Assembly: GCA_035564055.1 (NCBI GenBank)
Contig: DATMTO010000249.1
Location: forward strand, 1 to 34,510
DNA length: 34,510 nt
Direction: 5' to 3'
DNA from: Rhodocyclaceae bacterium
GTDB lineage: Bacteria; Pseudomonadota; Gammaproteobacteria; Burkholderiales; Rhodocyclaceae
The notes below the pieces were generated by a model. That model was given only the letters and a program-made list of their open reading frames with translations. It did not search any database and was not told where the DNA came from. Shown here piece by piece: positions 7,310 to 14,771 of this stretch. Positions within the stretch are counted from its first letter, which is position 1. Each line of letters starts with the position of its first letter. The position numbers and the translations under genes are program-made.

Positions 7310-9322
7310 TCAGCCCGAACACGGGATCACTGCGGTGACCCGTGTGCCGGGCCCGTCGGTGCGGTTCATGATCGAGAACACGCCCTTGAAATGCGCCGCC
7401 CGCTGCTGCATGCCGGAAATGCCGTGGGCCGTAGCCCGTTCGCGAAAATCCTCCGGCAGGCCAAGGCCGTTATCGGCGACCTCGAGAATGACGTTGCCGC
7501 CGGCATGCTCGATGCGGATGAAGACCTCACTGGCGCCGGCGTACTTGGCGATATTGGTCAAGGATTCCTGGGCGATCCGGTACAGCGCGATACTGAGATC
7601 GGGGCGGAGGTCGGGGATCTCCTCGGGTATTTCGGCACGACACACAATGTGGGCAGCAGCTTTCTTGTACTGCTCCACCAGCGCGCGCAAGGCCTCAGCC
7701 AGACCGAGCGATTCCAACAGCGAGGGACGCAGCCCTTCGACGACGCGGCGCTTCAGCATCGTCGTCTCCTGTATGGTCTCGCGCGCCCGCGTCAGCTGCT
7801 GGTAGAGGTCTGAGTTCTTGTCGGTCAGGCGCCGCAAGGCACCGGCCACCTCCATATGCGCCACCGTCAGCAGCGCGCCGAGTTCGTCATGAAGTTCGCG
7901 CGCCAGCTCGGCCTTTTCCTTTTCGGCCAGCTCGATCAGCGACTGCGACAGCTGCTGCAATTCGGCGGTACGCGCCTCCACCAACTCGGCCAGATTGTCG
8001 TTGAGCGTAAGGAGCGCATCGCTCCGTGCCTGCAAGGTGGTCTCGTTCTGCTTGAGCGCGGTCACGTCCACCATGGCGCCCATGAAATGGGCGGGCTCGC
8101 CGCGGTTGTTGGTGAATACGCGGCCGCGCGCCTCGATCCAGCGCATCCGGTTGTCGGCGAGCAGCACGCGGAAAGTAGCGTGGTAATCGGGCGTCTGGCC
8201 CGCCAGCGCCTCCTCCATCGCCAGCTCCATGAGGCTCTTGTCTTCGGGGTGCACCAGGTCGCTGAAAATCTCGTAGTTGACCGGCTCCGCGCCAGACAGG
8301 CCGAAGATGCCGCGGCAACGTTCGGTCCACTCCAGCTGGTTGGTACGCAAATCCCAGAACCACAAGCCGACGTTGGCAGCCTCGCAGGCCAGAGCCAGCC
8401 GCTCCTCGGCCAGGCGAAGATCACGCTCGCTTTTACGGCGATCGGAAATTTCCGTAAGGATGACTCCGGCGCCGATCACATCGCCCTCGTATTCGATGGG
8501 TGCGATATTGACGCTCATGAAGCGCTCGGGCTCGTAGCAGCCGTAGCTGCTGGAGGGCAGGCGCACTTCCAGCAGCTGGGCCTTGCCGCTTTGCAGGACA
8601 CCGGCCACGGCCATGTCGATGGCGTCGTCCGGCTGCAGCGGCTGCAGTAACTCGGTGAGTGCACGTCCCTGCATTGATGCCATCGGCACGGCCAGCATCT
8701 GCTCGCAGGTCGCATTGCCCCATAGGCAACGCCCTTGCGGATCGACGGCCAACAGCCCCAGCGTCGTATGGCGGGCAAACCAGGCCGGCATGTGGCTGAA
8801 GAAACCCGGTGGCTCCGCTTCCTTAGCCCGTACCGTCACGCTCACGCCCTGCATCAGATCCATCGCCAGTGCGGCCACGTCCTGCAAGGTATCGATCTCG
8901 CCACTCGACCACTGGCGCGGCCGCGTATCGATGACGCAGAGGCTGCCAATCAGCTCGCCGTCGGCATCGAACAGCGGTGCATTGCAATAGGCCACTGCGC
9001 CGATCGAACAGCCAGCCACCGTGTCGTGGAAACGCGTATCGAGTCGCGCATCGTCGATCGCCAAGGCGTTGCGCAGCAAGCCGGTTCCAAGTTCGCCGAT
9101 CATGCAATGCGCGCTTGGTGCATCGGCACCGAAAACGCTAATCAGACGGACTGCGTCTTCGTCCGCATCAATCATGGCGAGCAGCGCGATCGGGCTGATC
9201 AGTGACATTGCCGCAACGCGTGTAATGCGGTCGTAACGGACATCCGGTGTCGGCGGCATCGGGACCATCATGGGTGAGTTCATGGCGAGGCTTTCCGGCA
9301 GTAAGCCAGGGCGATGCTTCAA
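7310..9322 (-). CDS. Soluble GAF-PAS-PAS sensor histidine kinase (HisKA_3 / NarL-partner type)
   Basis: No hydrophobic TM segments are present. The N-terminal region is GAF-like (DTRFHDTVAGCSIGAVAYCNAPLFDADGELIGSLCVID). Two PAS/PAC-like regions follow (GLLAVDPQGRCLWGNATCEQM; NVGLWFWDLRTNQLEWTERCRGIFG ... MGAMVDVTALK), then a coiled coil. The H-box is ELHDELGALLT and the ATPase N/G boxes are ESLTNIAKYA and VADNGLGLP. The ORF-track start is a TTG at 9322 that overlaps the upstream stop (TTGA). An in-frame ATG at 9283 is an alternative start. Confidence 0.85.
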   Translation of the reverse strand: MKHRPGLLPESLAMNSPMMVPMPPTPDVRYDRITRVAAMSLISPIALLAMIDADEDAVRLISVFGADAPSAHCMIGELGTGLLRNALAIDDARLDTRFHDTVAGCSIGAVAYCNAPLFDADGELIGSLCVIDTRPRQWSSGEIDTLQDVAALAMDLMQGVSVTVRAKEAEPPGFFSHMPAWFARHTTLGLLAVDPQGRCLWGNATCEQMLAVPMASMQGRALTELLQPLQPDDAIDMAVAGVLQSGKAQLLEVRLPSSSYGCYEPERFMSVNIAPIEYEGDVIGAGVILTEISDRRKSERDLRLAEERLALACEAANVGLWFWDLRTNQLEWTERCRGIFGLSGAEPVNYEIFSDLVHPEDKSLMELAMEEALAGQTPDYHATFRVLLADNRMRWIEARGRVFTNNRGEPAHFMGAMVDVTALKQNETTLQARSDALLTLNDNLAELVEARTAELQQLSQSLIELAEKEKAELARELHDELGALLTVAHMEVAGALRRLTDKNSDLYQQLTRARETIQETTMLKRRVVEGLRPSLLESLGLAEALRALVEQYKKAAAHIVCRAEIPEEIPDLRPDLSIALYRIAQESLTNIAKYAGASEVFIRIEHAGGNVILEVADNGLGLPEDFRERATAHGISGMQQRAAHFKGVFSIMNRTDGPGTRVTAVIPCSG

Positions 9323-9738
9323 TGGGGAGAGGCAGGCACGGCGCCCTTCACGGCAACGCCTTGCAAATAATCAAGCAAATCGTCCATCTGGAAAGTCTTG
9401 TCGAAGAAGGCGCTGGCGCCAAGCATGCGGCACCGTTCGCGCACGCTCGCATGGGCGTGGTTGGAAAACACCACGGCATGGAGGCCGTGATAGCGATCCG
9501 GTTGCGCGTAAATCTGGCGCAGCACGTTGAGGCCGCTACCCTGATTGAGTTCGAGGTCGATGATGGCAACGTCAGGGTGATACTGTTCCAGCGCAGCCAG
9601 CGCCTGATCCTCGGCATCCACTGCGCCGATGATTTCGATGCCGGAAATGTCGGCAATCATGCCCGACAACAGTTGTCGAAGCGCCGGCGAGTCCTCTATC
9701 AGGACCACGCGGATTGCCGCTTCTCGTTCTCTCTCCAT
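9319..9738 (-). CDS. Stand-alone receiver-domain response regulator (CheY-like)
   Basis: 139 aa. Receiver motifs are present: VVLIEDS, the phospho-acceptor context DVAIIDLEL, VVFSNH and FFDK. There is no output domain. Its stop overlaps the kinase start. Confidence 0.85.
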   Translation of the reverse strand: MEREREAAIRVVLIEDSPALRQLLSGMIADISGIEIIGAVDAEDQALAALEQYHPDVAIIDLELNQGSGLNVLRQIYAQPDRYHGLHAVVFSNHAHASVRERCRMLGASAFFDKTFQMDDLLDYLQGVAVKGAVPASPH

Positions 9739-9760
9739 GATTCCTCGGATAGTTTGATGT

Positions 9761-10405
9761 TCAGGTGATGTACTCGGCGATCAGTCCGTTACGGATCGCG
9801 TAGGCGGCCAGTTCGGCGTTGCTGTTAACGCCGATCTTTTCAAGCAGCCGAGTACGATAGGTACTGATGGTCTTGACGCTGAGATGCAGCGCGCGACCAA
9901 TGTCGGTGACGGTTTCACCGCGAGCGAGGCGTAGAAAGACCTGCATTTCGCGTTCAGACAAGGCTTCGTGCGGCGAGCCGCCAGCGCGCCCTGAAAGTTC
10001 GTCGGCCAGCAGTTCGGCCGTCTTGCGCGACACATAGCGACGGCCCTGAGCCACCGTGCGCACGGCGCGGAGCAGATCCAGGCGGTCGCAGTCCTTGCAC
10101 AGATAGCCTTCCGCACCGTTCTTGATCATTGATAGCGCATAACGGTCTTCGGGATAGCCGCTGAGGATCAGCACATGCAGATCGGGATGGCGCTGGCGCA
10201 CCGTGCGCAGCACATCCATGCCGCCCTGGCCGGGCAGTGACAGATCCAGCAACAGGATGTCGCACTCGTTCTCGCGCAGCTGTTGCAGCGCTTCCTCCCC
10301 GGACGCCGCTTCGAACTCGACCTTGATGTCGAGTTCACCTTCCAGCATTTCCCGGAAGCCGCGTCGCACGATCTGATGATCATCCACGATTGCAAGTTTC
10401 AGCAT
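9761..10405 (-). CDS. NarL/FixJ (LuxR-type HTH) family response regulator
   Basis: The receiver has LAIVDDH, ILLLDLSLPG and LILSG. The C-terminal part, LSEREMQVFLRLARGETVTDIGRALHLSVKTISTYRTRLLEKIG, is a LuxR-type HTH. AAGGAGG abuts the ATG at 10414 but lies 9 nt upstream of the ATG at 10405, so 10405 (MLKLAIVDDH) is preferred. Confidence 0.9.
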   Translation of the reverse strand: MLKLAIVDDHQIVRRGFREMLEGELDIKVEFEAASGEEALQQLRENECDILLLDLSLPGQGGMDVLRTVRQRHPDLHVLILSGYPEDRYALSMIKNGAEGYLCKDCDRLDLLRAVRTVAQGRRYVSRKTAELLADELSGRAGGSPHEALSEREMQVFLRLARGETVTDIGRALHLSVKTISTYRTRLLEKIGVNSNAELAAYAIRNGLIAEYIT

Positions 10406-10439
10406 GTCAAACATCCTCCTTGGCTGCGCCCAGGGGTGC

Positions 10440-10610
10440 CTATTTGCTGGCCCCGCGGGTCAGATGCAGCAATAGTGTTATCACCGCCAGAACCACGAAA
10501 ATCATAAACAGGAACTGGGCGATGTTGGCAGCCGCCGCGGCAATGCCGGTGAAACCGAAAACGGCGGCAATCAATGCAATGACAAAGAAACTGATGGCAT
10601 AGTTCAACAT
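10440..10610 (-). CDS. DUF1328 (YtjA-like, UPF0391) small membrane protein; not in the supplied ORF track (56 aa)
   Basis: Hand translation of the minus strand gives MLNYAISFFVIALIAAVFGFTGIAAAAANIAQFLFMIFVVLAVITLLLHLTRGASK followed by a stop (TAG at 10442-10440). GGAG lies 7 nt upstream of the ATG. The FGFTGIA core and two-helix layout are typical of DUF1328. The listed + strand ORF 10390-10602 is its antisense shadow. Confidence 0.8.
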   Translation of the reverse strand: MLNYAISFFVIALIAAVFGFTGIAAAAANIAQFLFMIFVVLAVITLLLHLTRGASK

Positions 10611-10723
10611 GATTTCACTCCTCGACGAAATAGCCCGACGGGACTAAAAGCTGAACCCGGGCCGACGCATGCGCCGACCCGGCGTCTCGCGCAGCGACAC
10701 TTATTTAGTGTCGGCCTCGCGCC

Positions 10724-10921
10724 TTAATGCCGGCGCTCCCACTCATCGATGCGCTTTTCGGCTTCATCGCGCGTCAGGCCATAGCGTTCCTGAATCTTCC
10801 CGGCGAGCACATCGCGCTTACCTTGAATCACGTCCAGATCGTCATCAGTGAGCTTGCCCCACTGCTCCTTGACCTTGCCCACCAGTTGCTTCCAGTTGCC
10901 TTCGATAATGTCGCGGTTCAT
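10724..10921 (-). CDS. CsbD-family general stress protein
   Basis: The ATG at 10921 is preceded by AAGGAG. The 65-aa product is MNRDIIEGNWKQLVGKVKEQWGKLTDDDLDVIQGKRDVLAGKIQERYGLTRDEAEKRIDEWERRH, the canonical CsbD/YjbJ pattern (GxWxQxxGKxKxxWGKLTDDD). The 207-aa ORF in the track is an upstream read-through extension. Confidence 0.9.
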   Translation of the reverse strand: MNRDIIEGNWKQLVGKVKEQWGKLTDDDLDVIQGKRDVLAGKIQERYGLTRDEAEKRIDEWERRH

Positions 10922-11210
10922 GCGAGTCTCCTTGAATTGAACAATGGCAGAAGTAGCGTCGGCGGCGGTTTCGCTACCGACGCCTGAACCCACTTTAGGT
11001 ACACACCCGTTCAATCCCCATCGGCCAGCTCCTAAACCGCTGTCGGGCTTATCCGACAAGCGCGACCGACTGAGACCCGCACTTGGATTGAGCCATGCCG
11101 GCCGTTGAATTTCTGTCAGCTGTTTCCTACAGAACAAGCCGCTCCTCGCTGACAGGTTGCATTGCAGCAAAGGAATAGGCTGAGACTCATCCTTCAATGG
11201 GAGATGCGCC

Positions 11211-11984
11211 ATGCACGAAACCTGCCAAATGCCCTCGCAACATGCGCTCGCAATGCCGGCGGATGCGCCGCTTGAAGTCGTGTTCCTGCCCGGCCTGCTT
11301 TGCGACGAAAGACTGTGGGCCGACCAGGTAGAAGCGCTCGGCGACATTGCTCACACTACCGTCGCGCGGCTCGATACCGCCGACAGCATGGAGGCAATGG
11401 CAACCCTGGCCCTCAATCAGGCGCCTGCCGGCGCCTTCATGCTGGTCGGCATGTCCATGGGCGGCTACGTCGCATTTGAGATGCTGCGCCAGCAACCGCA
11501 ACGGATACTCGGCCTGGCGCTGGTCAGTACCTCGGCGCGACCCGACATGCCAGAAACCATTGAGGCTCGCCGCGCCCAGATGCGTCTGGCCGGATACGAT
11601 CTCGGTATCGTCATCGACCAGATGCTGCCCAAGCTCGTCCACCCCGATCATCTCAACGACGGGCGCAGCGCAGGCGTAATGCGCAGCATGGCCGAGGAAA
11701 TGGGGGCCGAAGTGTTCAAACGGCAGGAGGAAGCCATCATCGGCCGCCCCGACAGCCGCCCGACACTGGGGGACATCAACTGCCCCACGCTGGTCATGTG
11801 CGGCCGCGACGACCAGACCACGCCGCCGGAGCTGCACACCGAAATTGCCGACGCCATTCCTGGCGCTCACCTTTCCATCATCGAGCACTGCGGACACCTG
11901 GCCCCGCTGGAGCAACCCGAACAGGTGACACGCGAACTACGCAGCTGGCTGATGGAAACGAAGAGCGCCTATGCGCTGCGCTAG
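11211..11984 (+). CDS. Alpha/beta-fold hydrolase
   Basis: The nucleophile elbow is GMSMGG. An HG-like oxyanion region (VVFLPGLLCD) and a C-terminal His region (IIEHCGHLAPLEQPE) are typical of the family. GGGAGA lies 6 nt upstream of the ATG. The substrate is unknown. Confidence 0.8.
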   Translation: MHETCQMPSQHALAMPADAPLEVVFLPGLLCDERLWADQVEALGDIAHTTVARLDTADSMEAMATLALNQAPAGAFMLVGMSMGGYVAFEMLRQQPQRILGLALVSTSARPDMPETIEARRAQMRLAGYDLGIVIDQMLPKLVHPDHLNDGRSAGVMRSMAEEMGAEVFKRQEEAIIGRPDSRPTLGDINCPTLVMCGRDDQTTPPELHTEIADAIPGAHLSIIEHCGHLAPLEQPEQVTRELRSWLMETKSAYALR

Positions 11985-12154
11985 GCTGCAGACCCAGCGG
12001 CGGGTTCTAATCCGCCTCATTCCCGGCTGAGTTTGTCACAAAAGATTTCTGAAAACCCCGTATAATTTTCCATACATCGGCAAGTAAAAACAAAGCGTTA
12101 CTTCGGTAGCACGCAGGATGTTGGAGCCCGTACGAGAAGGTAGGCATCGCATCG

Positions 12155-12192
12155 GGGGCACACGCTATCGTTGCACAGGAAGGGTGTGCCCC
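12155..12192 (+). promoter_or_regulatory. 9-bp GC-rich stem-loop ending 1 nt before the first start codon of the APE operon, with the SD-like aggaagg in its loop
   Basis: ggggcacac (12155-12163) is the exact reverse complement of gtgtgcccc (12184-12192). The 20-nt loop gctatcgttgcacaggaagg carries the only purine-rich SD candidate. The ATG is at 12194. Confidence 0.4.
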
Positions 12193-12193
12193 A

Positions 12194-12880
12194 ATGATCG
12201 AAAAAACGTCGGCAAGCTGGGAATTGCCATTGGCTGCTTGGGCGGAGTGGCGATGGTCCGAAGATTGCGAGTTGCCAAAACTCGACTTCGTTGACCCCAT
12301 GCTGCGTCGCAGACTGAGCGAGCTCTCGAAGATATCGCTATGGACCGCTCACCAATGTGTGCAAGGCCTCAACGCTGTGCGCATGATCTATGCATCGCAA
12401 CACGGCGAGATCGTCCGGACGACCGAAATGCTGGGGGAGCTGGCAGACAACCACCCCCTTTCCCCGACCGCGTTCAGTATGTCGGTGCTCAACGCCAGCA
12501 TTGGGCTCTACTCGATCATTCGAGGCAATACTGAGCCCGCGACCGCAATTGCGGCAGGGGCCGAGACCCTTGGATATGCGCTGCTTGAGGCGTATGGACA
12601 GTTAAGCCGCAACCCTACACAGCCTGTACTTGTAATCTATGCGGACGAAACCGTTCCTACCGTCTGGCAGAGTCAGAATATGCACCCTCCACATGCGCTG
12701 GCGCTCCTTTTCCAGAACGATGCCACGATGCGAGTGCGTTGCACAAGAGTTTCGGGGGGCGACCTGACAAATACCGCAAATACTCAGGCACGGACACTCG
12801 TTGACTGTCTTTCATCGGGCGATGATGTCAGCTGGAACCAATCAGGCAAGTCGTGGCATTGGCAAAGGCTCGCGGAATGA
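12194..12880 (+). CDS. Ketosynthase-like chain-length-factor protein lacking the catalytic Cys (ApeC-like)
   Basis: 228 aa. It shows KS N-terminal-like similarity (SPTAFSMSVLNASIGLYSIIRGNTEPATAIAAGAETLGYALLEA). It has no A-C-x-S active-site motif and no H/H motifs. It is the first gene of the operon, as in described ape clusters (nomenclature from memory). Confidence 0.7.
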   Translation: MIEKTSASWELPLAAWAEWRWSEDCELPKLDFVDPMLRRRLSELSKISLWTAHQCVQGLNAVRMIYASQHGEIVRTTEMLGELADNHPLSPTAFSMSVLNASIGLYSIIRGNTEPATAIAAGAETLGYALLEAYGQLSRNPTQPVLVIYADETVPTVWQSQNMHPPHALALLFQNDATMRVRCTRVSGGDLTNTANTQARTLVDCLSSGDDVSWNQSGKSWHWQRLAE

Positions 12881-13650
12881 CGCGGCAGCTTGACTATCTG
12901 TGGCGCCTGCTAGGCACCGCCTTGAGCTTCTGTCTTTTCGGCATCGGCGGCCTATTGATGTCGCTACTGATCTTTTCACCCATGTTGCTGGTCCGGAATC
13001 GTCAACGCCGCAGGGTACTTGCGCGCTGGTGCATACACAAGTCCTTCAAGTGCTTTCTCAGTTTCATGGAGTTTGTCGGTGTCATGCGCCTTGAGGTTGA
13101 GGACAGCGAGCAGTTGAGGACCTGTGGCAACGTGCTGGTACTTGCGAATCACCCCACCTTGATCGATGTGGTCGCTTTAATTTCGCTAATGCCGAACGCC
13201 AGCTGCGTTGTAAAAGCCGCGCTGTGGCGCAACCCTTTCATCGGCGGGGTAGTCCGGGCCGCTGACTACATCAGCAACTCCACCCCAGAAGAGCTGCTTC
13301 AGGACTGTGCCCGGGATATCGGCAATGGCAATCCGTTGATCATCTTCCCCGAAGGTACGCGGACTCGCCCGGGCAAGCCACTGCGCTTTCTGCGCGGGGC
13401 CTCCTATATCGCACTGCATAGTGATCGTCCCGTGCTCCCGGTGCTGATCTACTGCGAACCGGGCACGCTCTCGAAACAGCAAAAGTGGTACCAGATTCCC
13501 GAGCACCGATTCCGTCTCAAGGTTAAAATTCTGCCCCAGGAAAATATAGGGCAGTGGGTCAATCAGGCAGATGCGCCAACCATTGCCGCCAGAAAGCTGA
13601 CACAGGCGCTGGAGGCTTTCTTCATGCAAAAACTGGATTGCCATGGATGA
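12877..13650 (+). CDS. PlsC/LPLAT-family lysophospholipid acyltransferase (ApeD-like)
   Basis: The HX4D motif is NHPTLIDV and the FPEGTR motif is IIFPEGTRTRPG. An N-terminal TM helix is present. The ATG at 12877 forms an ATGA overlap with the upstream stop. The ORF-track GTG at 12853 is less likely. Confidence 0.85.
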   Translation: MTRQLDYLWRLLGTALSFCLFGIGGLLMSLLIFSPMLLVRNRQRRRVLARWCIHKSFKCFLSFMEFVGVMRLEVEDSEQLRTCGNVLVLANHPTLIDVVALISLMPNASCVVKAALWRNPFIGGVVRAADYISNSTPEELLQDCARDIGNGNPLIIFPEGTRTRPGKPLRFLRGASYIALHSDRPVLPVLIYCEPGTLSKQQKWYQIPEHRFRLKVKILPQENIGQWVNQADAPTIAARKLTQALEAFFMQKLDCHG

Positions 13651-13903
13651 ATTGAAGCAGGAGATCCGCGCGCTGATCGTCGATGCGCTCGATCTCGAAG
13701 ACATAGAGCCGGAGGACATTTCGGATGACCTGCCATTATTCGGAGCAGAGGGTCTCGGTCTGGACTCGATTGATGCGCTGGAGTTGGGAGTGGCTCTACG
13801 CAAGAAATATCAGGTTCGCCTGGAGGCCAATGACGCAGGTAATCGCGAGCATTTCCGCTCGGTGAACAGCCTAGCGGCATTTGTCGGACAAAATAAAAAC
13901 TAA
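13643..13903 (+). CDS. Acyl carrier protein 1 (ApeE-like)
   Basis: 86 aa and acidic. The phosphopantetheine attachment motif is GLGLDSIDALEL. It overlaps the upstream gene by 8 nt. Confidence 0.9.
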   Translation: MDELKQEIRALIVDALDLEDIEPEDISDDLPLFGAEGLGLDSIDALELGVALRKKYQVRLEANDAGNREHFRSVNSLAAFVGQNKN

Positions 13904-13936
13904 AACGGTACACAGCTTCAGGAGGGAAGCGCCATC

Positions 13937-14182
13937 ATGACTAATGAACAGATTCTGGAACGCCTGAAGCAGATTCTTGCCGAAGCGTTCGAAATCAATC
14001 CGAGCAAGGTCAACGAGAACACGCATCTGTTTGAGGAGCTTGACCTCGACAGCATCGACGCCGTCGATCTGGCCATCAAGCTGCAGGAAATGACGGGGAA
14101 ACGTATCAAGCCCGAAGACTTCAAGAGCGTGCGCACCGTCGGCGATGTGATCGGCACCGTGCAATCGCTGATTGCCGCCTGA
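13937..14182 (+). CDS. Acyl carrier protein 2 (ApeF-like)
   Basis: 81 aa. The attachment motif is ELDLDSIDAVDL. The SD GGAGGG lies upstream. Confidence 0.9.
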   Translation: MTNEQILERLKQILAEAFEINPSKVNENTHLFEELDLDSIDAVDLAIKLQEMTGKRIKPEDFKSVRTVGDVIGTVQSLIAA

Positions 14183-14210
14183 CCTAAGCCAACCGATTCG
14201 CGCCCGCGCC

Positions 14211-14771
14211 ATGTATCGCACTTTTCTGGCGCTCGGCTGGCTCGCTTATCCTCTCCTGATCTATTTCGGCCTACACGTATTGCAGCCACGCTACGTGGCG
14301 TTGCTCCTCGCAGCCGGACTATTGCTGCGGCGCCGCCGGCAGATGCAACGCTTCATGGCGGACTTGACTCGCCTCGATCAGACCATCCTTTTCTGCCTAC
14401 TCGGGCTGGCCGGCCTGACCGCCGTCGTGAACAGTGAACTGCTGCTGCGCCTCTATCCGGCCGCCGTCGCTACCGGCGTGCTGCTCCTGTTCGCGACTTC
14501 GTTGCATGCACCGCCCAGCATGATCGAACGCTTCGCGCGGCTACAACAACCCGATCTTCCGCCGGAAGGCGTGCGCTACACGCGCAAAGTCACGCAGGTC
14601 TGGTGTGCGTTCCTCGCACTGAACTCATTGACCGCTCTATACACGGCGCTCTTTTCGAGCCGCGAAGTCTGGTCTCTGTATAACGGCCTGATCGCCTACG
14701 TCCTGATGGGCGCGCTGTTCGCCGGCGAATGGCTAGTGCGGAAATATATCGTCAAGCCACAGGTCAGCTGA
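14211..14771 (+). CDS. Integral membrane protein of unknown function (ApeG-like)
   Basis: 186 aa from the ATG at 14211 (the ORF track uses a TTG at 14172). It has 5-6 hydrophobic helices (LALGWLAYPLLIYFGL, ILFCLLGLAGLTAVV, AAVATGVLLLFATSL, VWCAFLALNSLTALY, LIAYVLMGALFAGEWL). It occupies the ApeG position between the ACPs and the adenylating enzyme. Confidence 0.7.
   Translation: MYRTFLALGWLAYPLLIYFGLHVLQPRYVALLLAAGLLLRRRRQMQRFMADLTRLDQTILFCLLGLAGLTAVVNSELLLRLYPAAVATGVLLLFATSLHAPPSMIERFARLQQPDLPPEGVRYTRKVTQVWCAFLALNSLTALYTALFSSREVWSLYNGLIAYVLMGALFAGEWLVRKYIVKPQVS

Noticed and set aside
10693-10712. A small palindrome, cgacact-tattt-agtgtcg, just downstream of the csbD stop. It could be a terminator.
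   Set aside because: The stem is only 7 bp and is AT-containing, and no U-tract follows on the minus strand. The DUF1328 gene follows closely and may be co-transcribed. The evidence is too weak to annotate.
11113-11155. An 8-bp inverted repeat, ctgtcagc ... gctgacag, separated by 27 nt in the csbD/hydrolase divergent region. It could be an operator.
   Set aside because: The arms are short, the spacing is long and irregular, and there are no flanking extensions or second copy. It cannot be distinguished from chance in a ~290-nt spacer without comparative data.
10724-11347. The 207-aa ORF containing CsbD at its C-terminus.
   Set aside because: Only the last 65 residues are CsbD-like, and they have their own AAGGAG-ATG. 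The upstream 142 residues are Ser/Gly/Arg-rich, run antisense into the alpha/beta hydrolase 5' end, and are most likely non-coding read-through.
12033-12066. A canonical sigma-70 promoter made of TTGTCA (12033-12038) plus TATAAT (12061-12066) for the PKS operon.
   Set aside because: The spacer is 22 nt, which is too long for a standard -35/-10 pair. The hexamer at the correct 17-nt distance (acaaaa) is poor. The TATAAT is noted in a finding, but I do not call a promoter from it.
12007-12300. The 97-aa minus-strand ORF spanning the PKS leader and the first PKS gene start.
   Set aside because: It overlaps the AT-rich leader and the 5' end of a well-supported + strand gene. It has no SD and no recognisable motif, and its composition is atypical of the genes called in this window.
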